DNA of 64,000 nucleotides from NCBI GenBank assembly GCA_038143065.1, contig JAYQLI010000035.1, positions 2,792,225-2,856,224 on the forward strand, read 5' to 3'. The translations under genes and the position numbers were made by a program. Origin of the DNA: Rhodospirillales bacterium. Its GTDB lineage: Bacteria > Pseudomonadota > Alphaproteobacteria > Bin95. Position 1 is the stretch's first letter. Each line of letters opens with the position of its first letter. The notes beneath the pieces were generated by a model. The model was not told the origin of the DNA and made no database searches. It saw only the letters and a program-made list of their open reading frames with translations. Below, piece after piece: positions 11,575 to 22,481 of this stretch.

Positions 11575-14000
11575 ATGGTGACGTCCAAATCACGGCTCAG
11601 TTTTATTTGTGCAGCTATACTCTCTTTACTTGTAGGATGGCCGAGTACCAGTACTGCGCAATCTTTAGTGACTTCACCAATTATAAACGGCGCAGGTTCT
11701 TTAGCAGATGCTGCAAATAGTGTGTCTGGAAAGCAAGGCCAATCGTCTCAAATTTCTGAAAAACCTCTGCTGTTAGCACAAAATTTAGCTGGTAGTGAAA
11801 AAATAGCTCAGTCCAATATCATCAATGAGATAGTGGTAGAGGGGTCTCAACGCGTCGACCCAGACACCGTTATTTCATACATGCGACTAAAAGTTGGAGA
11901 TCGTTACGAGCGTGATAAGTTAGATGAGTCTCTAAAATCACTTTTTTCTACAGGTTATTTCCGTGATGTGAAATTTCGTCGAGATGGAAGCGTCCTAGTA
12001 GTTCAGGTCAAGGAAAATCCTGTCATTAATCGAATAGCTTTCGAAGGCAATAAACGCATCAAGGACGATATTCTTGAGCCAGAACTAAAGCTAAAGCCAA
12101 GGCTGGTTTATACACTCAACAAAGTTCAGGCTGATGCTGAGCGTATAATTGAGGTTTATCGAAGAAGTGGTCGATTTTCTGTCAAAGTAGAACCTAAGCT
12201 TATTGAGCTTGACCAAAACCGTGTGGACATCGTTTTTGAAATTACTGAAGGTGAACTTACTAAGGTACATCGAATTGTTTTTGTGGGAAATAAGCGCTTT
12301 TCCGACAGCCAACTACGATCAGTCGTAAGCACAAAAGAGTCTCGATGGTATCGTTTTTTAACTTCTGATGATATTTACGATCCTGACCGTGTTTCCTACG
12401 ATCAAGACCTCCTTCGACAATATTACCTTGGTAATGGGTATGTTGATTTTCAGGTCATTAGTTCAGTAGCTGAGCTAACCCCCAGCCGTGATGGGTTTAT
12501 TATCACCTTTACCGTTGAAGAGGGTGAAAGGTACGACGTAGGCTCTGTAACTGTTGTTAGTAGCCTTCCAAACGTCAACGGCGAATTACTCCAAAACGAG
12601 GTCACAATAGAAATAGGTGACCACTACAATTTAGATCTGGTAGATGAAACGATAGATGTGCTTACAGACACTATCGGCAAATCTGGGATCGCATTTTATG
12701 ACGTTTCGCCAAAAGTTACTCGCCGTACGGATGAGAAACTAGTTGATATTGTTTTTCAGATAGGAGATGGCCAACGGGTCTATGTTGATCAGATTGATAT
12801 ATCTGGCAATGTCAGAACTTTGGACAGCGTTATCCGACGTGAGATGCAGTTGGCCGAAGGGGATGCCTTCAATAGGGCTAAAGTTAGAGAGTCAGAGCGC
12901 CGCATTCGGCGTCTTGGATTCTTCGAGACTGTTAAGCTGGACGCGGTCCCAACTCCAATTGCTGATAGAATCATCTTGGCGGTTAAAGTAGTTGAAAAGT
13001 CAACTGGGGAATTATCTTTTGGAGCGGGTCTCTCTTCAGACGATGGTGTTCTGGGTAATGCCTCAATTAGAGAGCGAAATTTACTTGGTAAGGGGCAAGA
13101 TCTTGCTTTGTCTTTCGGAGTTTCACTTCAAGATACACAGATAGATCTGTCGTTCACCGAACCATATTTCCTAGACCGTCCCCTATCGGCAGGTTTTGAC
13201 ATCTTTGCATCAGAACAAGACCGTAAAAGTGAGTCAGCATACTCTGAACGTGCTGCGGGATTTGGATTAAGAGTGGGCTATGAGCCGGCGCCTAGGTGGC
13301 GACAAACTTGGGGCTATTCTTTCAAAGATTCTGATATTGATGCATCGGCTGGAGCTTCTCGTTTCATTATTGCTCAGGATGGCCGTTCTTCCACCTCCCA
13401 ACTGACGCATAAACTCTCCTATGACAACACGGATAACTTTTTTGATCCCTCAGAAGGCTTGCGATTATCTTGGAATACTAGGTTTGCAGGTCTTGGAGGA
13501 TCAGTCGCTTATTTAAATAACGAAGCCAAAGCTTCCCAATTTTTCCCCTGGCCGAGCAAACTGTGCTTCAGCTCTCTACTCGGGTAGGTGCTGTTTTTGG
13601 CTTGGATCAGGATGTGCGGTTGGTTGATAGATATTTTCTTGGTGGGACAAACTTCAGAGGTTTCGCATTCTCAGGGGTTGGAGCTCGTGATTCAGCGACA
13701 GGTGATGCCTTGGGTGGAAATTATTACTACCAAAGTACTGCCGAGCTAACCTTCCCTCTTGGGTTATCGAAAGAAGTGGGCATCCGTGGACGCACTTTCA
13801 TCGATGTTGGTGCAGTATTTGGCACTGATGACGAGGGGGCAGGAATTAGGGACAGCTCAGATCCTCGAGTTTCTATAGGCGTTGGACTTACCTGGGCATC
13901 AGTTCTTGGTCCGCTGAGACTAGATTTTGGCTATGCCGTTTTGAAAGAAGATTTTGACGAAGACCAAGTGTTTTCCTTCTCATTTGGCACCCGATTTTAG
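11575..14000 (+). CDS. bamA: Outer membrane protein assembly factor BamA (frameshift near 13545)
   Basis: POTRA repeats, [13 protein letters not shown] motif, C-terminal FSFGTRF. Confidence 0.96.
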
Positions 14001-14010
14001 GTCTGAATTA

Positions 14011-14460
14011 ATGGCTGCTTCTAACATGATTGATATACAACGCATTCTGTCGATGATCCCCCATCGCTATCCCATACTCCTGGTTGACCGGTTGGAAGAC
14101 GTAGAGCTGGGAGAGAGTGCAGTCGGTATAAAGAATGTTACATTTAATGAGCCACATTTTCAGGGACATTTTCCCGGAGCACCGGTTATGCCTGGCGTTC
14201 TTATAATTGAAGCAATGGCTCAAACTGCGGCTGCTCTTGTGGTTGCCACTTTGGGGGAGGAAGCTGAAGGTAAGCTTGTTTATTTCATGACCATAGACGA
14301 GGCCCGCTTTCGCCGACAGGTTGTTCCTGGAGACCAGCTCAAACTTCACGTGCAAAAGACTAGAGCAAGATCAAAAGTGTGGAAATTTGAAGGTAAGGCC
14401 TACGTAGATGGGCAACTTGCAGCTGAGGCTCAGTTTGGAGCGATGATAGCTGATAGCTAA
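14011..14460 (+). CDS. fabZ: 3-hydroxyacyl-ACP dehydratase
   Basis: [33 protein letters not shown]. Confidence 0.97.
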   Translation: MAASNMIDIQRILSMIPHRYPILLVDRLEDVELGESAVGIKNVTFNEPHFQGHFPGAPVMPGVLIIEAMAQTAAALVVATLGEEAEGKLVYFMTIDEARFRRQVVPGDQLKLHVQKTRARSKVWKFEGKAYVDGQLAAEAQFGAMIADS

Positions 14461-14623
14461 TTAGAATTTTCCAATTAGATGACACAGTTTAGATTATCTA
14501 AAGCTCTGCTGCTGGTTCCTAAAATATCTCAGTTACCCAAAGTCAATTGGAAACATCAAATTTTCAATTCATTTAACCGCTCTATGACAAGCTGCCAGTT
14601 AAATTGATCGTAAAAAGTGTTGA

Positions 14624-15055
14624 TCATTGATGAATTGTTGTCAGGCGCACAATAGTTACAATGAGAGCAATAATTTGAACCACCACAATAAAAGTCATTC
14701 TCCCTTGCGTTTGCAGTAATTCCTTCCTCACTTGCTGTCCTTGTTGCCGTAAATCGTCTAATCGGTGCGCAATTGGCATTAGCCAGAGCCAAGCGAACGC
14801 AGATGTCAGCGCGACAGCAGCTAAAATGCCCGCTTCTATGGGCCGGGGCACTGCAAGCGCTGCGCCCCCTGCAACTGATAGAGCTGTAAGGATACAATAG
14901 TACACTGGAAATGCTGCCCGCAGAAAAGTACTAGCGTATTCTTCTGGCAAAGATCGGTAGGCAATCCTTCCGATGAAAAGGGTCATCATAGGTGCAAGCC
15001 CGAGTGCTAATGCTGCGCTGATGGCACCTAGGCCGATTAACCAAGGACTTTGCAT
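14624..15055 (-). CDS. Four-TM membrane protein, DUF4149/TMEM205-like
   Basis: Four hydrophobic segments with the LPEEYASTFLRAAFPVYY pattern. Confidence 0.6.
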   Translation of the reverse strand: MQSPWLIGLGAISAALALGLAPMMTLFIGRIAYRSLPEEYASTFLRAAFPVYYCILTALSVAGGAALAVPRPIEAGILAAVALTSAFAWLWLMPIAHRLDDLRQQGQQVRKELLQTQGRMTFIVVVQIIALIVTIVRLTTIHQ

Positions 15056-15371
15056 TGGGCTATCCCGCTCATAGATAGAAACATTATTTATAATCTTATT
15101 TTTTTATGTTTATTGCCACCTCTATCGTTTGATCAAAAAACGATGTCTGCTTCTACGCATATCTTTGGCTCTCCCCGTTATGGTAACATTTGATCAAGCT
15201 TGATGCGGGGCATTAAATTAATAACTCCAACTTGGGAATTAATGGATCAAAGTTATCGGTTGGGTAAATTTCAATTTTTAGATGCTTGCGCATTTTGTTG
15301 CGAAGGTTGAAGCTAAAGTTCGGAAGATTTTCTGGGTCAAATCGATATTAGTGCCGTCTCTTGGAGTTCAA

Positions 15372-15971
15372 ATGCCTACAATAAGTGAAACCACTAAAAT
15401 ACCTGCGCCGATAGAACAGGTGTGGCCGTTGCTTCGCGATCCTGCTGTAGTAGCGTCTTGTATTCCTGGTGCCGAATTATCGCCTGGCAGTAAGGAAGGG
15501 ATGTGGAAGGGCGCAATAAAAGTAAAATTTGGTCCAACTGTTGCGTCATTTAAGGGTGAAGCATCCCTTGATTACGATGACGCCGCAAAAACCTGTAAAA
15601 TCCAAGGCCGAGGGATCGACGGACGTGGGGCATCCCGAGCGCTGGCATCCGGATTGATGACTGCAGACGGTGATGCTGAGACAACCCTAAAAATTGACGG
15701 GGATTTTACTGTTACCGGACCATTAGAAACTTTTGCAAACGCTGGTGGAGTTCATGTAGCGCGCGCACTGCTCGCTGAGTTTTCTCAGAACTTAGCGCTT
15801 AAAGTTGGCTCTGCTGGAGATGATTTGGAAACTGAAGGACAAGAAAAAGAAATGCAGTCAGCCGCTGAGCAGTCTGATGCAGTTAAGCAAGCAACAGAAC
15901 TAAATGCTGTCTCTCTTTTCTTTCAAACCTTGAAATCAATGATTGCCGGCTTTTTTAGCCGAAAGGGATAA
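15372..15971 (+). CDS. SRPBCC/CoxG-family protein
   Basis: VWPLLRDPAVVASCIPGAEL, VKFGP motifs; GGAG RBS before ATG at 15372. Confidence 0.85.
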   Translation: MPTISETTKIPAPIEQVWPLLRDPAVVASCIPGAELSPGSKEGMWKGAIKVKFGPTVASFKGEASLDYDDAAKTCKIQGRGIDGRGASRALASGLMTADGDAETTLKIDGDFTVTGPLETFANAGGVHVARALLAEFSQNLALKVGSAGDDLETEGQEKEMQSAAEQSDAVKQATELNAVSLFFQTLKSMIAGFFSRKG

Positions 15972-15977
15972 AAAATT

Positions 15978-17642
15978 ATGGAAAACCCAAAAGTTTATGA
16001 TGTTTTAGCTGAAGCGTTTAAGGGTGAAGGCGTTGAGCACCTTTTCACTTTGATGGGTGATGCCAACATGTATTGGGCCCAGAAAATGGCTGACGAATAT
16101 GGTGTCCAAGTTGTTCATGCGAGACATGAACATTGTGCGGCGGCGATGGCTGATGGGTATGCTCGGGCAACAGGGAAAATCGGCGTTGCTTCAACTACAT
16201 GTGGGCCAGGCTATACGCAAATTATGACAGCTCTCACCATTGCGGCACGAGGCAATGTACCTCTTGTAGTATTTGCAGGTGATAGTCCCATTGGAGCTGC
16301 ATGGTATCTGCAGCAGATTGACATGGCCCCACTTGCCCTTGCTTGTGGCGCCCATTTTGTCGCTGTGAAATCCCTCGATCGCCTACTGGACAATGTTAGA
16401 GAAGCTTTTCATGTAGCAGCAACAGAGAGAAAGCCAGTGGTGCTCTCTGTTCCAATGGATCTGCAAGCTCAAGAATATCCCTACATGGTGGATTACACTC
16501 CTTCTGCTGACCTCGGCCCGATTGCCCAGCGACCTGTTCCTGATCCAGTTTTGGTTGAACGAGTTGTTGATATGATTGCTGAAGCAGAACGTCCAATCAT
16601 TCTAGGTGGTCGAGGAGCGGTTCGGTCTGGTGCGCGAGAAGCTCTTGAAGCTCTCGGTGATAGAGCAGGTGCGCTGCTCGGAAACTCTCTTTATGGAAAG
16701 GGTCTGTTTGATGGAAATCCATACAACATCGAAATAGCCGGTGCTTTCGCGTCTGATTTTGCACGGGAACGATTTTCGGAGGCTGACTTAGTTATAGGTG
16801 TTGGTGCTGGTCTAGGCCATTACACGACTGAGGGTGGGTATTTGTACCCAATGGCTTCAACCGTGCAAATTGATACAAATCCACGGGGGCTATGGCAGGG
16901 ATTACGCACTGCAGACCTACATATCCGTGCTGATGCTAAGGCAGCCGCTGAGGCAATTTTCGAGGCAATGGACCGACGCGGAATTAAGAAAACCGGTCTC
17001 AGAACAGCTGAAATGGCGGCTTCAATTGCTGCCGATACTCCAGACTCTAAAGAATTTCCTGTTCAATCAAACACCGTTGATCCGCGAAAAATTGTCTTAG
17101 AGTTAGACCGAACAATTCCAAAAGACTGGGATATAGTCGTGGGAGGTGGACATTATTTTTCAATGGTGATGACCCATATGAAAGGACGCCCAGCTGAAAA
17201 GTATCATGTTGTGAATGATTTTGGAGCGATTGGATCTGGTTTACCCGCTGCAATAGGAATAGCCGCTGCAAGAGGCGATGGTAAGGTCGCGTTAATTGAA
17301 GGAGATGGCAGTCTGTTAATGAACATCCAAGAGCTCGAAACGATTCAGCGCCACGGTATAAAACTGCTGATCAATATAATGAATGATGGAGGATATGGAG
17401 CAGAGTTCCATAAGTTCCGTGCTAGAAATATAGAGCCACGGCAGGCTATTCATGGTCGCGGTGATTTGGCGGCTACTGCTAAGGGGTTTGGTATGCGTTC
17501 AGAGACGGTGAACACAATGGGACAAATGTCTGCGTACTTTGGTGAGCATCAGCAGGCCAATATTGCAACACTCTGGGATGTTCATACGGATGATAAAATT
17601 CCATCTCGTGCATACAGGAGAGTGCATTTCGGTGAGGCTTAA
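15978..17642 (+). CDS. ThDP-dependent enzyme (acetolactate synthase-like family), substrate unknown
   Basis: RHEHCAAAMADGYAR, TCGPG, GDGS-x-ND ThDP motif. Confidence 0.9.
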   Translation: MENPKVYDVLAEAFKGEGVEHLFTLMGDANMYWAQKMADEYGVQVVHARHEHCAAAMADGYARATGKIGVASTTCGPGYTQIMTALTIAARGNVPLVVFAGDSPIGAAWYLQQIDMAPLALACGAHFVAVKSLDRLLDNVREAFHVAATERKPVVLSVPMDLQAQEYPYMVDYTPSADLGPIAQRPVPDPVLVERVVDMIAEAERPIILGGRGAVRSGAREALEALGDRAGALLGNSLYGKGLFDGNPYNIEIAGAFASDFARERFSEADLVIGVGAGLGHYTTEGGYLYPMASTVQIDTNPRGLWQGLRTADLHIRADAKAAAEAIFEAMDRRGIKKTGLRTAEMAASIAADTPDSKEFPVQSNTVDPRKIVLELDRTIPKDWDIVVGGGHYFSMVMTHMKGRPAEKYHVVNDFGAIGSGLPAAIGIAAARGDGKVALIEGDGSLLMNIQELETIQRHGIKLLINIMNDGGYGAEFHKFRARNIEPRQAIHGRGDLAATAKGFGMRSETVNTMGQMSAYFGEHQQANIATLWDVHTDDKIPSRAYRRVHFGEA

Positions 17643-17728
17643 AAACACCCTTAAAGTCTCGATATCATATTTGCACTGAGCTGTGTTCTAGCAGCCTAAA
17701 GTAAGACTGAAAAAGCAGGGGAATAGAA

Positions 17729-18684
17729 ATGCAATTTGGTCTGCATTTTGGATCTCGTGGTAATGCAGGGGAGCCAGACTCACTAAAAAAGTTAGCACTC
17801 TTAGCTGAAAAATTAGGGTATGCCCATTTTGGTATGAGTGATCATGTGGTCGTGGCTGACACGGTTAACAGCGCATATCCGTATTCACCAACTGGTCGCT
17901 TTTTCGCTCAGGATACTGGCGTTTCGCTCGAGCAAGTAACAGCCCTTAGTTTTGTAGCGGCTGCCACCACTAAAATCCGTCTCCTTACCTCTGTTTTGGT
18001 TTTGCCTCATCGCCACCCAGTCTTAGCTGCAAAGATGCTTTCTACTGTGGATGTTCTATCTAAGGGGCGACTAACTGTGGGTGTTGGAGTTGGTTGGATG
18101 GAAGAAGAAATCGCCTTACTTGGTGGTCCACCATTTCAAGATCGAGCAAAAGCTTCAGATGAGTATGTTCAAGCGTTTCGGGAGATGTGGACTTCAGACC
18201 GACCAGATTTTCAGGGCCAGTTTGCTCAAGCAAAGGAGATGTTATTCGCTCTAAGCCTATACAAGCTGGTGGTGCGCCAATTTGGGTTGGTGGCGAACAT
18301 CCAGGAGCGAGGAGAAGAGCTGGGCGAATTGGTGATGGCTGGTATCCGGTTGCAGCAAATCCAAAATATCCCCTAGATACTCCGGAGCTGTACTATCAAG
18401 GACTTACACAAGCCCGAGAAGCCGCTGCGGGGGTAGGGCGTGACCCTTCTCTAACTGGTGCTTTATTGGCAATTTACAGCAGAATTGGAGACGAGCAGGA
18501 AGGTCGGGATGGGAAACGAAAACCTTTCACAGGATCAGCACAAGCAATACTAGATGATATTGAAGCCTACCGCTCAAAAGGCATGTCTCATTTCTTGATT
18601 GGCGGCGATGGTGATGACTTGCCTAAGACCCTCGAGCGGCTGGAGGAATTTTCGCAGGACGTAATTGCAAAAGTTGACGGTTGA
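17729..18684 (+). CDS. LLM-class (putative F420-dependent) oxidoreductase, frameshifted near 18250
   Basis: SDHVVV...YPYS, VLVLPHRHPVLAAK, GVGVGWMEEE, PIWVGG, GDGWYP. Confidence 0.85.
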
Positions 18685-20146
18685 ATGGCACTCAAACCTG
18701 ATTCCATCAATAGTCTTAAAAACCTTGAGAAATAAATCGCACGCGATTTAGAGCTCCTTTGTTATCCGCCAAAACCCTGGACACGGGAAATTTTAGGACG
18801 TGGTGGTTCTCCGGTCAGCGATGTTTTGATTGTTGGTGCAGGTATGGCGGGTCTAACGGTCTGTTTTGCTTTACTTCGCCAGGGTATTAATCGCCTTCGT
18901 GTGATAGATCATGCAAAAGTGGGCAAAGAAGGCCCATGGGCCACATATGCTCGGATGTTGACCTTGAGGAGTCCTAATCATCTCTCAGGGCCAGCCATGG
19001 GTCTGCCGAATTTGACCTTTCGCGCTTGGTATGAGGCAACTCATGGAAGTTCTACCTGGTCAAGACTAGGTAAAATTCCGCGACTAGTTTGGATGGATTA
19101 TCTGCTTTGGTACCGTCGAGTGCTGTCATTGCCTGTCGAGAATGGCATAAGGCTTTTGTCCGTAAAGCCATCAGTCCATGGACTTGAATGCAGACTGATT
19201 CATAATGACGGGCGAGAAGAGATCGCAACAACGCGTAAACTGGTTTTGGCTACAGGTAGAGAAGGGCAGGCGCATCCTCGCATTCCAGAGATGCTCAGAC
19301 CTCATTTAGGAAAGACTGTATGGCACGCTTCTGATGTCATCAATTTTGAGGCTCTGAAGGAAAAGAATGTTGCTGTAGTGGGCGTTGCGGCCTCTGCTGT
19401 AGATAATGCAGCTACTGCTATCGAAGCCGGAGCAAATCATGTCACACTTTTGGTGCGTGCAAATTCAGTTCCTCGCGTCAACAAGCCAAAAGGTGCTAGC
19501 TTTCCTGGCTTTGTTGAAGGTTTTTCAAAATTAAAGCCAAGCATGCGTTTTAAGTTCATGGATTACATGGCTGCTAAACGTATTCCGCCACCAAGAGACT
19601 CGGTTCAACGTCTTTTTAAAAACAGTAATGTAAGTATGTGGTTAGGAGCTCAAATCACAGGAGCGGAAACGAATGGAGAGCAGCTTCGTTTGATTACCTC
19701 GAAAGGTAACATCATTGTCGATGCAATTATACTTGGCACTGGTTTTTTATATTGATATGACCGCCGCTGATGAACTCAGACCTTTTTTGTCAAAAATAAT
19801 GACGCACGCAGATTTGTTAAATGGCGAACCCATTAATGAGGATAATGAATGGCTAAAGTTTCCAGCTCTTTCCTCGAGTTTTCAGTATCAAGAAAGAATT
19901 AATGGAAGCGCGCCATATCTCAAAAACATTTACTGCTTCAGTTATGCAGCGGCAATGAGTCATGGCAATGTTGCAGGTGATATTCCAGCAATAAGTGATG
20001 GAGCTGACCGTCTTTCTCGTGGTCTAGTTGGTGATTTGTTTTCTGAGGATGCTGAATTCCATTGGAAATCGACATGCAGTTATGAAGATTTCGAACTTTT
20101 AGGAGATGAAATTCCCGACATATCCGATTGGGATCCGCCATTGTAG
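18685..20146 (+). CDS. FAD/NAD(P)-dependent monooxygenase, HpyO-like; in-frame TAA at 18733 and frameshift near 19745
   Basis: ATG abuts the upstream stop; ARDLELLCYPPKPW, VGAGMAG, EGPWATYARMLTLRSP, ATG and GTGF motifs, C-terminal SHG..GDIPAISDGA. Confidence 0.75.
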
Positions 20147-20156
20147 CGATAATCAT

Positions 20157-20231
20157 TGGCTGGGGCGCCTGGATTCGAACCAGGGATCACGGGATCAAAA
20201 CCCGATGCCTTAACCACTTGGCCACGCCCCA
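20157..20231 (-). tRNA. tRNA-Gln (UUG)
   Basis: Reverse complement TGGGGCGTGGCCAAGTGGTTAAGGCATCGGGTTTTGATCCCGTGATCCCTGGTTCGAATCCAGGCGCCCCAGCCA; cloverleaf, TTG anticodon, encoded CCA. Confidence 0.97.
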
Positions 20232-20408
20232 TCATTCAATGTGAGCGAGAATATGGCGAAGTGTCTCGTTAGATGCAACCCAGTTCTAACCAGAAAAAAC
20301 TACCTCGCTTATCTTTTTACGTCTTTCTAACGAAGACTCTCACAATATAGGTGTTGTATAGACCATCTGGTCGAAAAACTTACGTCTCTTTTTGGAGTTT
20401 GTTACCTT

Positions 20409-21524
20409 ATGTCCGCCAATCTTTTCTCACCAATCAGCCTTCGGGGGCTTACGCTTGCAAATCGGATAGTTGTTGCCCCGATGTGTCAGTATTCTGCGGT
20501 TGAAGGCGTTGCTACTGACTGGCATATGATCCACTGTGGGCAACTCGCTCTTTCTGGAGCAGGGTTAGCTTTTATCGAGGCAACTGGAGTGGAACCTCGC
20601 GGCCGCATTAGCCCAGGCTGTGTGGGACTCTGGGATGATGAGACCGAAGCAGCTCTCAAGCGTGTTGTTGATGCTTGCCATGTTCATGGCGTGACACCTC
20701 TTGGCATCCAGCTTGGACATGCAGGGCGTAAGGCATCTGCCTATGCGCCGCAAGGTGGAGGAGGGCCTCTCACAGCGGAAGACGGCGCCTGGCAGACGCT
20801 TGGCCCCTCAGCTATTGCTTTTGATGATGGTTGGCATACCCCAAAGGCTATGGACCGTGCAGATATGGATGCAGTCATTACTGCCTTTGTTGATGCGGCA
20901 AAACGATCGGCTCGGATTGGCTTTGTTGCTGCTGAATTGCACTGTGCACACGGGTATTTGCTTTCATCATTCTTATCACCCATCGCAAACCGACGTAATG
21001 ATGCTTATGGGGGTGATATTCATGGCCGGATGAAGTTTCCTTTGGAAGTTTTTGAGGCTACGCGCGCTGTATGGCCAGAAGATAGACCACTGGGTGTTCG
21101 TATGAATGGTGTTGATTGGGATGATCGTGGTCTCATTATTGATGATGCGATCGCCTTTAGTAAGGCTTTGGCGCCTCTTGGTTGTGACTTCTTCGATATT
21201 TCGGGTGGAGGTAATAGTGCCCAAGTACGTCCAGACTTGGGGCCAGGCTATCAAGCTAGTCATGCGGCAGCAGTTGAAGCAGCCACAGGTGTACCAACGA
21301 TGGCTGTTGGCATGATTAGGGACCCTAAATTGGCAGATAACCTCATCAAAGATGGAGATGTCTCGATGGTCGCTCTTGCTCGCGGTCTTTTATATGAGCC
21401 CAAATGGCCTTGGCGTGCAGCTTTTGAGTTGGGCGTCGAACCACCAATGCCCGCTCAGCACGGCCGAGGATTCCCAACAAAATGGCGCCATGCATTTCCT
21501 GAACTTATGGAAGCTAATAAATAA
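20409..21524 (+). CDS. NADH:flavin oxidoreductase (old yellow enzyme, YqjM/NamA-like)
   Basis: NRIVVAPMCQYSA, QLGHAGRKAS, HCAHGYLLSSFLSP, NRRNDAYGG. Confidence 0.93.
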   Translation: MSANLFSPISLRGLTLANRIVVAPMCQYSAVEGVATDWHMIHCGQLALSGAGLAFIEATGVEPRGRISPGCVGLWDDETEAALKRVVDACHVHGVTPLGIQLGHAGRKASAYAPQGGGGPLTAEDGAWQTLGPSAIAFDDGWHTPKAMDRADMDAVITAFVDAAKRSARIGFVAAELHCAHGYLLSSFLSPIANRRNDAYGGDIHGRMKFPLEVFEATRAVWPEDRPLGVRMNGVDWDDRGLIIDDAIAFSKALAPLGCDFFDISGGGNSAQVRPDLGPGYQASHAAAVEAATGVPTMAVGMIRDPKLADNLIKDGDVSMVALARGLLYEPKWPWRAAFELGVEPPMPAQHGRGFPTKWRHAFPELMEANK

Positions 21525-21534
21525 GTTTAATCAG

Positions 21535-22392
21535 TTACTGACTATTGCGGGTTAGACTTTCAGAAACGTCCCAGAGAAGCTCCTGCGCTTGTTCATCAAG
21601 TGCTGGAGCGTCTGGATTTTTCGGTTTGCAGAGATCAAAATACTTTCCCGTTATACCTTCAACTTCTGGTGAAGTGGCAAGGTGAATTTGGGTTCTTGCT
21701 CCCTTTTCGGCTGAAATTGCACCGAAGGTCATGCCTACTGAAACAAGTGCTGCGAACAAACCGCCATTATCCTTTGCAAAGCGAGTTTTAACAAATCCTG
21801 GGTGTAGAGAATTACATGTGATGCTCTCGCCCTCTAACCTACGAGCCAATGCATTAGAGAACATTATATTTGCGAGTTTAGAGCGTTGATAAGCAATCCA
21901 ACCGCCCCGTATTTTCTTATAAATCTTATTGTTTTCAATATCTTGCAGATCTATTTTAACACCACGGTGCGCCATGCTCGCAACATTGATTATACGTGCG
22001 GATGGAGCAGAGCGCAGGCGGTCGAGTAACAAATTTGATAGAAGAAAATAATTCAAGTGATTGAGTGCAAATGTTTTTTCTATTCCTTCTGCAGTCTTTT
22101 GTTCCTTCCAGAAGATGGTCCCTGCATTATTGATCAAAATATCTAAACTTTCATAAGTCTCGGCTACATCTCGGGCAACCCTACGAACATCTCTTTGAAG
22201 GGAGAGATCAGCCTGCTTGAAGTATATTTCCTCGTTTCGGCATTGTTGGCGTAATTCACGGGCTACACGTTCACCTTTTTGTGCGTTTCTAGACACTAAG
22301 GCGAGCGTCCACCCAAGCTTGCCGAGTTCTCGTGCCGTTATTAGACCAATGCCATCCGTAGCACCGGTAATGAGGCAAACTTTTCGGCTCAT
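21535..22392 (-). CDS. SDR oxidoreductase (retinol dehydrogenase-like)
   Basis: TGATDGIG, NNAG, YQRSKLAN, LHPGFVKT. Confidence 0.92.
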   Translation of the reverse strand: MSRKVCLITGATDGIGLITARELGKLGWTLALVSRNAQKGERVARELRQQCRNEEIYFKQADLSLQRDVRRVARDVAETYESLDILINNAGTIFWKEQKTAEGIEKTFALNHLNYFLLSNLLLDRLRSAPSARIINVASMAHRGVKIDLQDIENNKIYKKIRGGWIAYQRSKLANIMFSNALARRLEGESITCNSLHPGFVKTRFAKDNGGLFAALVSVGMTFGAISAEKGARTQIHLATSPEVEGITGKYFDLCKPKNPDAPALDEQAQELLWDVSESLTRNSQ

Positions 22393-22481
22393 GTTAATAA
22401 CTCCTGATCTATATTCTTGGTATTTAGCCTGAAAAGCGAGTTGTGTTACAGATTCATTCTGAGGATAACCAAGGAGTAGTT

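Noticed and set aside
20157-20231. tRNA-Gln as a proven island integration site
   Set aside because: No integrase and no duplicated tRNA 3' end seen on the downstream (left) side.
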